From Candidatus Spongiisociaceae bacterium (GTDB taxonomy: Bacteria; Actinomycetota; Acidimicrobiia; Spongiisociales; Spongiisociaceae): a DNA stretch of 64,000 nucleotides. The number at the start of each line of letters is the position of its first letter. The stretch's first letter is position 1. The DNA is taken from the NCBI GenBank assembly GCA_965262915.1, contig OZ253564.1, positions 4,576,001-4,640,000 on the forward strand, written 5' to 3'. Under the pieces are notes generated by a model that saw only the letters and a program-made list of their open reading frames with translations, had not been told where the DNA came from and ran no database searches. Made by a program: the position numbers and the translations under genes. This document shows positions 9,910 through 20,570 of this stretch, piece after piece.

Positions 9910-11061
9910 ATGCTGCGTATACCGGGGGCCCGACCGCTATTGTGGTTCGGTCTGATCGGTCGGTTCCCCAACTCCATGTACCCGGTGGGCCTGGTATTCG
10001 CGGGAGAAGCGATCTCCGGGTCATACGGAGTAGGGGGCTCGGCCTCCGCGGGCTTCAGCCTCGCTGCGGCGGTGGCGAGGCCCATCGGTGGACGGCTCGT
10101 GGACCGCTACGGCCAGCGGCTCATGGCCAGGGCCCTGCTGGCAGCTTTCGTGGGTGCTTCCATCGGCCTACTGGTGGCAATCGGGTTCGTCGCTGCGCCG
10201 TGGGTCATCGTGTCGCTGGCAGTCGCGGCGGGGCTGACCGTACCGAACGTAGGCGCCCTCACCCGGGTCCGCTGGACCCAGATGGCCAAGCGATCCGACC
10301 TCACGCGCTGGCAAGCATTGGAGTCCGTAAACGACGAGATCAACTTCATCGTCGGACCTTCGGTGGTAGCGATTATGGCCGCCTGGCTTACGGCTTCAAT
10401 GTCATTGTTGACCGCGATCGCTCTAGCGGTGATCGGCACGCTCGGGGTGACCTCACTCCCCGGAGAACCGCGCGCCACCGGAGTCCAGCGCGAGAAGGTA
10501 ACGAGCTGGATGAAAGCCACGCACGTTGGGATGCTGGGTTCCGTGGCAGGCCTCGGCATGGTTCTGGGCGGCCTCACCATTACGGTCGTTGCCTACACAG
10601 CCGAACTCGGCTACCCGGCCTGGGCGGCCGCGATCTTCCCCCTAAATGCCGGCGCCAGCCTCGTAGCCGCCCTAGTCGTAGGCGGTATGAAGCCCGGCGA
10701 CCTCGTCTCTCGACATCGGAAAGCAACCCTGTGGCTGCTGGCGGTGCTGATCCCGTACGCCTTGGGCGAAGGGATCGTATGGTTCACGGTCACCGCGATG
10801 ATCGCCGGTTTGGGAACGTCACCCAACTTGATCCAGGCCAACTCGTTGGTTGCCGCCACTACCTCGCTTGATCGGCGGACCGAGGCCTTCTCATGGATCG
10901 CCGCCGCGGTCGGCGTCGGCATCGCGGTCGGATCGGCGGTCACCGGGCTGCTCGTCGATGCCATCGGAGCCGAAGAGACCAGAAGCTGGGTCACCGTGTT
11001 CGGTGCTTGTCCTGCCGCCATCACGTTCATTATGAGCCTGACCCGATCGCGACGGGCCTGA
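9910..11061 (+). CDS. MFS transporter
   Basis: About 12 hydrophobic segments; GRLVDRYGQR motif A. Confidence 0.88.
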   Translation: MLRIPGARPLLWFGLIGRFPNSMYPVGLVFAGEAISGSYGVGGSASAGFSLAAAVARPIGGRLVDRYGQRLMARALLAAFVGASIGLLVAIGFVAAPWVIVSLAVAAGLTVPNVGALTRVRWTQMAKRSDLTRWQALESVNDEINFIVGPSVVAIMAAWLTASMSLLTAIALAVIGTLGVTSLPGEPRATGVQREKVTSWMKATHVGMLGSVAGLGMVLGGLTITVVAYTAELGYPAWAAAIFPLNAGASLVAALVVGGMKPGDLVSRHRKATLWLLAVLIPYALGEGIVWFTVTAMIAGLGTSPNLIQANSLVAATTSLDRRTEAFSWIAAAVGVGIAVGSAVTGLLVDAIGAEETRSWVTVFGACPAAITFIMSLTRSRRA

Positions 11062-11435
11062 TGACCATCACGGTCTTGCTGGATGTCGACACCGGAATCG
11101 ACGACTCCCACGCCCTCCTGGACGCAGTCGCACCCCCCGAGGTCGACCTTCTGGGCGTCAGTTGCGTAGCAGGCAACGTCTCCCTCGATGAGGTCACAGC
11201 CAACACGGCCGCCGTACTGGACCTGGGAGGACGCTCCGACGTGGAAGCAGCAGCGGGATGCGCACGGCCTATCGCTCGACCGCTCGTCACCACCCCGGAG
11301 ACACAGGACCCACCGGAAGCCGGCCATGCAGTTGTGGTGACCGCATCGCCAGATCGGGTCAGCAGGACGTCGGGGTCGACCTGATAGTCGAGACCGCCCG
11401 CTCGCAGCCGGGGGAGGTCACCCTGGTATTGACCT
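11061..11435 (+). pseudogene. Inosine-uridine preferring nucleoside hydrolase, frameshifted and truncated
   Basis: LLDVDTGIDD (DxDxxxDD) and VAGNV; continues in another frame as VDLIVETARSQPGEVTLV, then stops at the pheA 3' end. Confidence 0.85.
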
Positions 11436-11443
11436 ATTGGCGA

Positions 11444-12259
11444 TCAGGGCGAAGCCGCTGCTCGATAAGTGCCGAGGATTCGCATCTCCACCATAGTGGC
11501 GGGCCGCGGCTCGAGGACGGCCCTGACACCTTCGGGCCCCGGTTGGTGGAGCATGTCCGCATAGAACCGGTACTTCCACGCCTCCTCGGCCGGCCGTGAC
11601 TCCAGCCGGGTGAGGTTTGCACCTCGCAGGCCCAGTTCTGCCAGTGCAAGAGCCAGCGCTCCCGGGGAGTGGGCGGTTGCGAACACGAACGAGGTCTTGT
11701 TGGCGTCCGGCGTCACCTCGTAACCATTGGCCACGAGAACGACGAACCGGGTGGTGTTATGTTCCTGATCCATGAAGTCCCTTGCCAGGACTTCGACGCC
11801 ATTGCCCGCGGCCGCCTCCGGTGGCGCCAGGGCCGCCGCGGTCGGATCACCCAGGTCGGATATGAAACGAACCGCGCCCGCCGTGTCGTAGGTAGCGAGC
11901 GGTTCCCAGCCGGCCTGCTCGATCCGATCATCGGCCTGCGCCAGCGCCTGCGGATGGGAACGAACCGTCTTGATCCCCTCGAGCGTCGCGCCCGAGAGGC
12001 CGATGAGGGAATGTCGCACCTCCACGAGATGCTCGCCGATGATCGAGGCCCGGTTGCGAGTAAGCCGATCCAGAACCGGAAGGACGCTCCCCGTGGTGGA
12101 GTTCTCGATGGGTAGCACCAAGCGGTCCACCTCACCGTCTGCCAGAGCGTGGAAGGCGTGCGCGAAGCCGCTAAACCCGAGTCGCTGGGCCTGCGGGAAC
12201 AGTTCCCGGACCGCCTGATCGGAGTACGAACGTGCTTCGCCCTGGTATCCAACCTTCAT
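11444..12259 (-). CDS. pheA: Prephenate dehydratase
   Basis: YQG..SYS, PIENSTTGSV, SHPQALAQ, NTTRF, NLTRLESRP. Confidence 0.95.
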   Translation of the reverse strand: MKVGYQGEARSYSDQAVRELFPQAQRLGFSGFAHAFHALADGEVDRLVLPIENSTTGSVLPVLDRLTRNRASIIGEHLVEVRHSLIGLSGATLEGIKTVRSHPQALAQADDRIEQAGWEPLATYDTAGAVRFISDLGDPTAAALAPPEAAAGNGVEVLARDFMDQEHNTTRFVVLVANGYEVTPDANKTSFVFATAHSPGALALALAELGLRGANLTRLESRPAEEAWKYRFYADMLHQPGPEGVRAVLEPRPATMVEMRILGTYRAAASP

Positions 12260-12281
12260 CCGCCCGCAGGGTACCCGCCCT

Positions 12282-12384
12282 AGGAGGGTGGTCTAAAACG
12301 GAGGGGAGCAACGGCCCGTCTTCCTCTGAACAGGCATTATGTCATCGGTCGACGGGCCGTCAAGGGGTTTTACACCACCCTCCT
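12282..12384. mobile_element. MITE-like element with nested inverted repeats, AGGGTG-end group
   Basis: AGGAGGGTGGTCTAAAAC / GTTTTACACCACCCTCCT (17/18) plus internal perfect IR ACGGCCCGTC / GACGGGCCGT. Confidence 0.7.
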
Positions 12385-12465
12385 CGAGACCGTCGCAGTC
12401 GGGCACCCGGTCCGGATGCCCGACCGGAACAGCCGGCACTGCGGCTCGGATACCATTCCTCCGTG

Positions 12466-12930
12466 ATGCCACCCGACTCGCCCGCGGAGCTGACCGCGTA
12501 CCTGCACCGGTCCATCCCGTTGACGGCCGTCATGGGAATCACGACCGTCGAGACCTCCTGGGACGCGGCAGTGCTCGGCGCGCCGTACCGGAACAACGTC
12601 AACCACGAGGGGACATTCTTCGGGGGGAGCCTGTCGGCGCTGGGACTTCTCGCAGGGTTCGCGGTGTTGCGTCACCGGCTGCAGGCCATGGGTCGTCGGC
12701 ACCGGATAGTCATCCGCCGCAACACCTACTCCTACGAGCGCCCTGCCACCACCGATGTCACGGCTCGAGCCGAGATCGATCCGATACGCTGGCAGGAGCT
12801 ACTCGACAGTCTCGGTCGGCGCGGTAAGGGAAAAATCACCCTGGACGTGGTGGTATCCGACTCCTGCCAGCGCCGGGTAGGACATCTGACCGGCGTTTTC
12901 GCGCTGCTCCCGACGAACGGAGCAACCTGA
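12466..12930 (+). CDS. YiiD C-terminal (hotdog thioesterase) domain protein
   Basis: LHRSIPL..MG, AP...N.NH.GT.FGGSL. Confidence 0.8.
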   Translation: MPPDSPAELTAYLHRSIPLTAVMGITTVETSWDAAVLGAPYRNNVNHEGTFFGGSLSALGLLAGFAVLRHRLQAMGRRHRIVIRRNTYSYERPATTDVTARAEIDPIRWQELLDSLGRRGKGKITLDVVVSDSCQRRVGHLTGVFALLPTNGAT

Positions 12931-12951
12931 TCCGGTCAGCGGCCCCGAGAG

Positions 12952-15096
12952 CTACCTGTCGAACACCGAGTCGGCGAGGATCATCGAGATGTCCCTGACC
13001 GCCACAGAATCCTCTTCGCCTATCTCCCGGATACCGTCGTCGAGCATCACGAGGCAGAAGGGGCAGGCCACGGCCACCTCGGCGGCGCCGGTTGCGACGG
13101 CCTCCTCGGCCCGGTCGACGCTGACCTTCTTGCCGACGTGCTCCTCCATCCACATCTGGGACCCGCCCGCGCCGCAGCAGAAGGATCTGGTACCGGAGCG
13201 GCCCATCTCGACTACCTCGATACCACCGATCGAGGCCACCACGCTCCGGGGCGCCATGTAGACGCCGTTGTGGCGGCCGAGGTAGCAGGAGTCGTGGTAG
13301 GTGACCTTGCGGGCCTGGCCGGTCCTGGGCTTTAGCAGGCCCATCTCCACCAGTTCGGTGAGCAGCTGGCTGTGATGGATCACGTCGTAGTCCCCCCCGA
13401 ACTGCGGGTACTCGTTCTTCAGGGTGTTGAAGCAGTGGGGGCACTGGGTGATGACCTTCTTCACCCCCAATTCCCCGAGGGTGGCGATGTTATCGATGGC
13501 CAGCATCTGGAAGACGAACTCGTTCCCCGACCGGCGGGCCGGGTCACCCGTGCACAACTCGGCCGGCCCGAGGATGGCGAAGTCCACCCCGGCCTCGTGC
13601 ATCAGCCGGGCCGTGGCCACCGTCACCTTCTGGTTGCGGTCGTCGAACGACCCCGCACAACCCACCCAGTACAAGTACTCGGCTGTTTGAACGTCCTGCC
13701 CCAGGATCGGCACATCGAAGTCGAGCCGGGCCGTCCAGGCCGCCCGCCCGCCCTGTCCCATTCCGTACGGGTTGGAAGAGTTCTCCATCGACAGGTAGGC
13801 CTTGCCCAACTCGCTGGGGAAGTCCGCCTCCATGAGGGCCAGGTAGCGCCGCATATCGAGGATCTTGTCGAGTATCTCGATGTCGACCGGACAGATCTCG
13901 TCGCATGCCTTGCACGACGTGCAGGCCCACAGTTCCTCGGGCGTGATCCGCTCGAACACGCTCTCCGCGGAGACGGTGATCGCCTGGTCGACCGTGACGG
14001 GGCCGGTGACCACCGGATCGGCGGTGCGGGCGGCTACCTCACCGAGCTTCAGGACGATCTCGCGGGGATCCAGGGCCTTGCCGGTGACGTTGGCCGGACA
14101 GACCGACGTGCACCGACCGCAAACCGTGCATGTATCGGTGTCCAGGAGTTGCTTCCACGTGAACTCTCCCACCAACGCCGCGCCCACCGTCTCGATGTCG
14201 TCCACCTCCATGAGGTTGGGCATTTCCCTCATGGCTCCCGGGGGACGCTCGCGGGGACCGAGGAACATGTTCACCGGGGACGTGACCATGTGGCGCAACT
14301 TGGTGGTGGGCAGCACCACCAGGAAGGCCAGGAACGAGACGACGTGAAGGATCCACACGATCTGATGGATCCCGGCAGCGGAAGCCATGGGAACCAGCAG
14401 GGACAGGGGGTAGCCGACGAACGACCACACCTCGTAGGCAGGCCGGCCCTCCACCGCGATCCGGGCTGCTTCGGTCGCCAGGCCGCTAATACCGATCAGG
14501 GCCAGCGTCACGAGGATCCACAGGTCTTCGGGACGGGTCTTGGAACGCAGACGCCACGGCGCCTGCCCGTACCTGCGGAGGGCAGCCCACCCCAGGCCGC
14601 CCAGGAACACCAATGCCGCGCCGTCGAGCACGAACGAGTATCCGCGGTAAACGTTTCCTTGGAGGAACTTGAAGTCGGCGGGGAGGAGGTGGTCGATCTC
14701 CAGGGTCACCGTACCGAGGAACAGCACCAGGAATCCGTAGTAGACCATCGAGTGCATGAGGCCCGCCCACCGATCCCGCATGAGTGTCTGCATACTCATG
14801 CCGGCCCCCATGGCGGCCAGCCGCTCCCGCCATAGACCGGTTCTCCGGTCCGCCGCACCTCGCTGCCAGTTCTTGGCCCGCAGGGAGAACAAATAGAAGG
14901 TCAGGAAGAGAAAGCCGGCCACCGCCACGTAGAACATGGCCTCGAGCGCAGTTGGGATGTTGACGAACACCTCGCGGGAGACGGGGCTCTCGGCGTGACC
15001 CGGGAACTGGCCTGCAAACCAACTCGCCAACGTACCGGCGGCTGCCAACACACCCAGCCACACAAGGACCTCGGCGGCGTTGAACTTACGGCGCAT
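12952..15096 (-). CDS. Membrane-bound Fe-S oxidoreductase (FadF/HdrD-like, with CCG domains)
   Basis: N-terminal TM region, [39 protein letters not shown]. Confidence 0.88.
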   Translation of the reverse strand: MRRKFNAAEVLVWLGVLAAAGTLASWFAGQFPGHAESPVSREVFVNIPTALEAMFYVAVAGFLFLTFYLFSLRAKNWQRGAADRRTGLWRERLAAMGAGMSMQTLMRDRWAGLMHSMVYYGFLVLFLGTVTLEIDHLLPADFKFLQGNVYRGYSFVLDGAALVFLGGLGWAALRRYGQAPWRLRSKTRPEDLWILVTLALIGISGLATEAARIAVEGRPAYEVWSFVGYPLSLLVPMASAAGIHQIVWILHVVSFLAFLVVLPTTKLRHMVTSPVNMFLGPRERPPGAMREMPNLMEVDDIETVGAALVGEFTWKQLLDTDTCTVCGRCTSVCPANVTGKALDPREIVLKLGEVAARTADPVVTGPVTVDQAITVSAESVFERITPEELWACTSCKACDEICPVDIEILDKILDMRRYLALMEADFPSELGKAYLSMENSSNPYGMGQGGRAAWTARLDFDVPILGQDVQTAEYLYWVGCAGSFDDRNQKVTVATARLMHEAGVDFAILGPAELCTGDPARRSGNEFVFQMLAIDNIATLGELGVKKVITQCPHCFNTLKNEYPQFGGDYDVIHHSQLLTELVEMGLLKPRTGQARKVTYHDSCYLGRHNGVYMAPRSVVASIGGIEVVEMGRSGTRSFCCGAGGSQMWMEEHVGKKVSVDRAEEAVATGAAEVAVACPFCLVMLDDGIREIGEEDSVAVRDISMILADSVFDR

Positions 15097-15135
15097 CCGG
15101 CTCCCTCCCCAGTCGACCGCGTTCCGAGTGTAGAG

Positions 15136-15170
15136 CGGTGGCCAGTATCCGGTAGCCGGTGATCGCTGAC
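15136..15170. repeat. Degenerate heptamer tandem array (5 units)
   Basis: CGGTGGC CAGTATC CGGTAGC CGGTGAT CGCTGAC. Confidence 0.55.
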
Positions 15171-15171
15171 A

Positions 15172-15987
15172 CTAGCCCGAGGCTTCCGCTCCCAGTTCTC
15201 TCGAACGTTCGGTAGCCGCTGCTATCGCGTGGCCGACCAGAGACGTGAACCCGCCTCGCTCCATAACCGCAAGCGCCGCGGCGGTCGTACCACCCGGAGA
15301 GGTGACCTTGTGGCGCAGCTCCGCGGGCTCCTCCTCCGAGACCTCCATCAGGGTCCCGGATCCTTTGATGGTGCGAGCGGCCAACCGCAGGGCCACATCG
15401 GCCTCCAGACCCTGCCGGATCCCTTCCGCGACCATCGCTTCCGCCAGGAGGTAGGCGTAGGCGGGCCCGCTCCCCGAGACAGCGGTAACCGCATCGAGCA
15501 ACGGCTCTTCCACCTCTTCCACAGCTCCGACAGCGGAGAGCACAGTGCGGGCCAAGGCCATGTGACCGGTGGTCGCGTGGGTGCCGCGGGCACAGGCGGT
15601 GATTCCTTCCCCTACCAGCGCCGGCGTGTTGGGCATGGTCCGGATCACCGGCACATCACCGAGCGCCCGCTCGTAGACGAGGATCGGAACCCCGGCTACC
15701 AGCGCAACGAGCACCTGATCGCCGGCCAGAGCGGCTGCCAACTGAGCGAGGGCGGGGTGGATGTCCTGCGGCTTTACGGCAAGCACCACGACATCCTGAC
15801 CATCGATACCTTCGGAGCAACTGGCAACGGTCCGGCACCCTGTGGAGGCACGGAGTTCGGCGGCCCTGGGTTCGTACGCTTCTATGAGGGTCAGCTCAGC
15901 CGGCCCCCAACCCGCTTTCAGCAGCCCGGCCAGCACAGCGCCGCCCATCGCGCCTACTCCAACGATGGCTATCGAGGGTCTGTCCAT
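15172..15987 (-). CDS. proC: Pyrroline-5-carboxylate reductase
   Basis: GVGAMG, LAVKPQ, RTMPNTP, SGSGPAY, VTSPGGTT. Confidence 0.96.
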   Translation of the reverse strand: MDRPSIAIVGVGAMGGAVLAGLLKAGWGPAELTLIEAYEPRAAELRASTGCRTVASCSEGIDGQDVVVLAVKPQDIHPALAQLAAALAGDQVLVALVAGVPILVYERALGDVPVIRTMPNTPALVGEGITACARGTHATTGHMALARTVLSAVGAVEEVEEPLLDAVTAVSGSGPAYAYLLAEAMVAEGIRQGLEADVALRLAARTIKGSGTLMEVSEEEPAELRHKVTSPGGTTAAALAVMERGGFTSLVGHAIAAATERSRELGAEASG

Positions 15988-16049
15988 GAACGGTCAGTAT
16001 ATGGCGGGCCCGACATCCGGGTCACGGATCCGGTGCCAATGTCATCCGG

Positions 16050-16727
16050 TCAGGACCCGGACGACCTCCCCAAAACCTCCCGGATCATCGAGACCAGGGC
16101 ACCCACCGCATCGCGGTTGTATCCCTCGGGGATGATCACGTCGGCATACCGTTTGGAAGGCTCTACGAACTGGAGGTGCATCGGGCGCACGGTGGCGTGG
16201 TACTGGTCCACCACCGAGGCAAAGGACCTTCCTCGCTCCTCCATGTCCCGCTCCACGCGACGGAGGACCCGCAGATCGGGATCGGTGTCGACGAATACCC
16301 GCAGATCCATGATCTCGCGCAGTTCCGGCTCGGCGAGGATCAGGATCCCTTCGATCAACAAGACCGGGCGTGGTTGGACGGTTGAGGTCTCGGCTCGGCG
16401 CAGGTGCCGCGAGAAATCGTAAACAGGTTGATCGATGGCTTGCCCGGCTGCGAGGTCAGCTATGTGAGTGAGGAGCAACCCCGTCTCCAGCGAGTCGGGA
16501 TGGTCGTAGTTGACACGGGTTCGCTCCTCGTAGGAGAGTTCCGGCCGGTGCCGGTAGTAGGCGTCGTGGGGGATCAGAGCCACCCGATCCGGACCGATCT
16601 GGTCCACGATGGATGCAGAGATGGTCGTCTTGCCCGATCCCGATCCGCCTGCCATCCCGATCACGAAGGGTCTTCCCTCCGGCCATTCGAGGTCTGCGTC
16701 GGCAACCCGAGGGCCGGCCGGGCTCAC
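16050..16727 (-). CDS. udk: Uridine kinase
   Basis: AGGSGSGKTT, NYDHPD, FVEPSKRYADVIIP. Confidence 0.95.
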   Translation of the reverse strand: MSPAGPRVADADLEWPEGRPFVIGMAGGSGSGKTTISASIVDQIGPDRVALIPHDAYYRHRPELSYEERTRVNYDHPDSLETGLLLTHIADLAAGQAIDQPVYDFSRHLRRAETSTVQPRPVLLIEGILILAEPELREIMDLRVFVDTDPDLRVLRRVERDMEERGRSFASVVDQYHATVRPMHLQFVEPSKRYADVIIPEGYNRDAVGALVSMIREVLGRSSGS

Positions 16728-17293
16728 CTCTTGCCCTTACGGGCTTTCTGTTCGGCCTTCATGCGCGCCTTGTGCTGCCGCAACTCGTCGATCTGCTCGA
16801 ACTCGGCGATGTCGGCGATGGAGGGCCAGTCGGCCGCCACATCCTCCCAACCAGCGGGGGCCTCATCGAGGCGCTTGCCGACTATGCCCACGAAGATCCG
16901 GGACTTGGCAACACCGAAACCGGGGAGTTTCTTGAGTCTCCTAACAAGTTCCCGACCATCTTCGGCGGTACGCCAGACAGCCGCCGCATCACCGTCGTAC
17001 TCGTCGACGAGAGCCTGGCAGAGAGCCTGGGTACGCCGACCCATCGCGTTGGGAAACCGATGCAGGGCAGGCGGCCCCCGGAAGACGGCCTCAAGCTCGT
17101 CGCCGTCCATCGAGGCGATATGGGCTGCGTCGAGCCCGCGTCCCAGCCTTTCCTGGAGAAGGTAAGGCGAGTGGAACGCCATCTCCATCTTCACCTGCTG
17201 ATCGAGCAGCATCCCGATCATGAGGGCGAGTGGGCTGTCGGCCAGCAACCGATTGGCATCCTGGGAGTATGTCCAGGGAAGTACGTCCGGCAT
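16724..17293 (-). CDS. HhH-GPD-type base excision repair family protein
   Basis: GMLLDQQV.ME.AF..P, LHRFP, LPGFG..KS.IF. Confidence 0.85.
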   Translation of the reverse strand: MPDVLPWTYSQDANRLLADSPLALMIGMLLDQQVKMEMAFHSPYLLQERLGRGLDAAHIASMDGDELEAVFRGPPALHRFPNAMGRRTQALCQALVDEYDGDAAAVWRTAEDGRELVRRLKKLPGFGVAKSRIFVGIVGKRLDEAPAGWEDVAADWPSIADIAEFEQIDELRQHKARMKAEQKARKGKR

Positions 17294-17370
17294 CGATCCT
17301 CCTCTCTACCCCGAACGGTAGCCGTACGTCCCGTATGGAGTCACACCGTCACATCTGGTTGACTTGGGGT

Positions 17371-18291
17371 GTGTCAGTCATGCTGAACCCCACAGCGGAG
17401 AAGGACCGGTGGGTGGAGATCCTCGCCAGGGAACTCAAGGGTATGGAGATCCAGCTCTGGCCCGACATCCACGACCCCGACCCGGTCGAGTTTGCCGTCT
17501 TCTGGCATCACGACCCCGAAGATCTGCGGCGCTACCCCCGGCTGCGGGCCATCCTGTCGGTGAGCGCAGGAGTGGAACAGTTCCTCGGCGCAGGCTACCC
17601 CGACGTACCGATAGTGCGGCTCTCCGACGTGGCCATGGCAGACGAGATGGCAGCCTACGCAGTGCACTGGGTGGTCCACTTCCATCGCCGGATGGACGCC
17701 TACCTGCATCTGCAGGCGACCCGCGAGTGGAAACCTACCCGCACCGTCGAAGCGCATGGCTTCCCGGTCGGCATCCTCGGATTCGGCGCCATGGGCCGCC
17801 GGGTGGGTAGAGCGCTCGCCGGGCTCGGATACCCGATCAACGCCTGGACGCGTACCGGTGGCCAGGACGCCGGTGTCCACCACTACCGGGGGACCGACGG
17901 CCTCGACCGGATGCTGCGCTCCTCCGATGCCGTGATCAACGTTCTCCCCCTCACCCCCGCAACGGAAGGACTCATGGACGGAAAGCGGTTTGCGTGCTTC
18001 CGGAAGGGGTCGCTCTACATAGCGATGGGCCGAGGCCGTACCACGGTCGAAGCCGACCTGCTCGCGGCGCTAGACCACGGTCCGCTCGACGCCGCGGTCC
18101 TCGACGTTACCGGGTCGGAGCCTCTCCCCGGCGACTCCCCCTTGTGGGACCACCCCCGGGTGCGTATCACTCCCCATGCAAGCGGTTTCACCAGGTCCGT
18201 CACCGCCGCGCCACTGGTGGCTGCCAACATCCGGCGGATACAGCGGGGTGAGCAACCCTTCCCCCTCTACGATCCCCGCCGAGGTTACTGA
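17371..18291 (+). CDS. ghrA: Glyoxylate/hydroxypyruvate reductase A-like D-2-hydroxyacid dehydrogenase
   Basis: GILGFGAMG, LPLTPAT, GRG, EPLP..SPLW.HP..ITPH. Confidence 0.85.
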   Translation: MSVMLNPTAEKDRWVEILARELKGMEIQLWPDIHDPDPVEFAVFWHHDPEDLRRYPRLRAILSVSAGVEQFLGAGYPDVPIVRLSDVAMADEMAAYAVHWVVHFHRRMDAYLHLQATREWKPTRTVEAHGFPVGILGFGAMGRRVGRALAGLGYPINAWTRTGGQDAGVHHYRGTDGLDRMLRSSDAVINVLPLTPATEGLMDGKRFACFRKGSLYIAMGRGRTTVEADLLAALDHGPLDAAVLDVTGSEPLPGDSPLWDHPRVRITPHASGFTRSVTAAPLVAANIRRIQRGEQPFPLYDPRRGY

Positions 18292-18436
18292 GAGGGTACG
18301 CGGATAGGCGGACCGTAACCGCCCCTGTCAATAGACCTCCCCGGCTCCAGCTCGAAGAACCCCTGGCCATCGCTGTGTACTCGTCAACGGTCGTACTCGG
18401 TTTTCCCCCCAGGTGAGCTCCTATCCGCGCACCCTC
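18292..18436. mobile_element. 145-bp MITE inserted at the ghrA stop codon
   Basis: TIR GAGGGTACGCGGATAGG / CCTATCCGCGCACCCTC (16/17), flanked by TGA on both sides (3-bp duplication). Confidence 0.75.
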
Positions 18437-18532
18437 TGAGGACGACCCGACTCCGCCGAGGCCTCGCCGGGCCAGGGACGGGCCCCCGCCCCCGGATCGG
18501 AGGAATCGCACTTACTCGCTACTGTCGGGGCC

Positions 18533-19318
18533 ATGGATCTGGCCGATCGGGTGTGCGTGGTAACCGGAGGCGTCGGCGGCATCGGCGCTGCGCTGGCCCG
18601 CCGTTTCGTGGTGGAGGGCGCGGCCGTCGTGGTGGTCACCGACCTGGACGAGGAGCGCACCGCCGCAGTCGCCGCACAGAGCGGCTGTGTCGGGATACGG
18701 TGCGATGTCACCGACGAGGGATCCGTCCGATCCCTCGTGGAGCGGGTCGTCGCCGACCACGGGCGTATCGACTTGTTCGCGTCCAACGCCGGGGCGTCGG
18801 TGGACGGGGGCATCGACGTGGCGGACGGGGACTGGCAGAAGCTGTGGGACCTGCACGTCATGGCGCACGTCTACGCGGCCCGGGCGGTCATCGGACCGAT
18901 GACGGGGGCGGGGGGCGGTTACCTGCTCCAGACCGTCTCGGCCGCCGGGCTGCTGGCCTCCCTCACCAGCCTTCCGTACACGGTCACCAAGGCCGCTTCC
19001 CTGGCCTTGGCGGAGTGGATCGCCATCACCTACCGGCGGGCCAACATTCGCGTGTCGGCAGTTTGCCCGTTGGTGGTGGACACGCCTCTGGCCGCCCGCT
19101 TCCGCCTGGACACCGGACCCGGCCCGGCTATGAGTCCCGACGAGGTGGCCGGCGTCGTGGTGGAGGGTATCCGTAAGGAGCGGTTCCTCATCCTCCCCCA
19201 CCCGGAGGTGGCCGAGTACGTGGACCGCAAGGCCTCGGATCGGGACCGCTGGCTGGCGGGGATGTCCCGGCTGTTCGAGCGGGCCGGCACCGAATCGGGC
19301 CAGGACATCCGGCATTGA
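18533..19318 (+). CDS. Short-chain dehydrogenase/reductase
   Basis: TGGVGGIG, SNAG, YTVTK. Confidence 0.9.
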   Translation: MDLADRVCVVTGGVGGIGAALARRFVVEGAAVVVVTDLDEERTAAVAAQSGCVGIRCDVTDEGSVRSLVERVVADHGRIDLFASNAGASVDGGIDVADGDWQKLWDLHVMAHVYAARAVIGPMTGAGGGYLLQTVSAAGLLASLTSLPYTVTKAASLALAEWIAITYRRANIRVSAVCPLVVDTPLAARFRLDTGPGPAMSPDEVAGVVVEGIRKERFLILPHPEVAEYVDRKASDRDRWLAGMSRLFERAGTESGQDIRH

Positions 19319-20136
19319 GCCCCGCCGCTATCGACCTACGCGGCGTGACGGTCATGAAGGCCGGCAGCGAACTGATCTCCCGAGTCGACTGGCAGGTCGA
19401 TGCGGGCGAACGCTGGGTGCTCTTCGGCCCTAACGGAGCGGGCAAGACCACGCTGCTGCAGGTCGTCTCCACCTACCAGTTCCCCGTGAGGGGCACCGCC
19501 ACCATCCTCGGCGAGCGGATGGGGAGGACCGACGTGCGCAACCTCCGTCCCCGTATCGGGTACGTGGGCCCCGCGCCGGCCTCCCTGGTGCGACGCTACC
19601 TCCCGTGCAGGGACATAGTGGTGACCGGGCGCCATGCCGCCTTCGTCGACACGAGATGGCATCACTACACGGACACCGACTGGGAGTTCGCCGATCGCCA
19701 GATGGAATTGATGGGCGTGGCCGAGATGGCCGATCGCGAGTTCGCCACCCTGTCGGACGGGGAGAAGAAGCGGGTGCTGATCGCCCGGGCCCTGATGGCC
19801 CGGCCCGACCTGCTGCTACTCGACGAGCCGGGTACCGGCCTGGACCTCGGCGCCCGGGAACGCCTGATCGCTTCCCTCTCCGGTATGGCCGGGCTCGATG
19901 GAGGCCTCACCGTGATCCTGGTCACCCACCATGTCGAGGAGATACCGCCGGGATTCGACCGGATGTTGATACTGGCGGAAGGACGGGTGATCGCCGCCGG
20001 AGCCATCCGGGAAGCCATGACGAGCGAGGCCCTGAGCGCCATCTACGGAATGCCGCTCGTCGTGGATTCGATCAACGGACGCTTCCGGGCAACCGGCCTG
20101 CACGTACCGGGTCGGCAACCGCGTCCTGATTGGTAA
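19315..20136 (+). CDS. ABC transporter ATP-binding protein (ModF-like, no adjacent permease)
   Basis: GPNGAGKTT, LSDGE, LLLDEP. Confidence 0.88.
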   Translation: MSPAAIDLRGVTVMKAGSELISRVDWQVDAGERWVLFGPNGAGKTTLLQVVSTYQFPVRGTATILGERMGRTDVRNLRPRIGYVGPAPASLVRRYLPCRDIVVTGRHAAFVDTRWHHYTDTDWEFADRQMELMGVAEMADREFATLSDGEKKRVLIARALMARPDLLLLDEPGTGLDLGARERLIASLSGMAGLDGGLTVILVTHHVEEIPPGFDRMLILAEGRVIAAGAIREAMTSEALSAIYGMPLVVDSINGRFRATGLHVPGRQPRPDW

Positions 20137-20297
20137 CGGAGGGTTCACCCGGCCTTAATGCAGGGGCGGTACGGAGGCAAGGTCGAACCCGTATGGTGTC
20201 ACCAACGCTCCGGGACTTCGGCGAGCCAGGACACACCGGGTGTCCCGTGCGACGCTCGCCGGGGCTCGGGGCCACCCTTCGCCCGGCCCGGCCCGGA

Positions 20298-20534
20298 TCA
20301 GACCTTTATCCCCCGGCGGCGCATGTCGGCGATCACCGCCTCGATGCCCTTCCTGTCGATGGTCTTGATCCCCTTGGTGCTCACGGTCAGGGTCACGTAC
20401 CGGCGTTGCGACGGGATCCAGTAACGCTTCTTCTGGATGTTGGGAGTCCAGCGACGGTTGGAACGCTTGTGCGAGAACGAGACTTTCTTCCCGAACGACG
20501 GCTTCTTCCCCGTCACCATACAGATGTTGGACAT
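20298..20534 (-). CDS. rpmB: 50S ribosomal protein L28
   Basis: [24 protein letters not shown]. Confidence 0.96.
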   Translation of the reverse strand: MSNICMVTGKKPSFGKKVSFSHKRSNRRWTPNIQKKRYWIPSQRRYVTLTVSTKGIKTIDRKGIEAVIADMRRRGIKV

Positions 20535-20570
20535 AGGCAACCCCAGAGGTTGGCAAGGACTTTACGCGGA

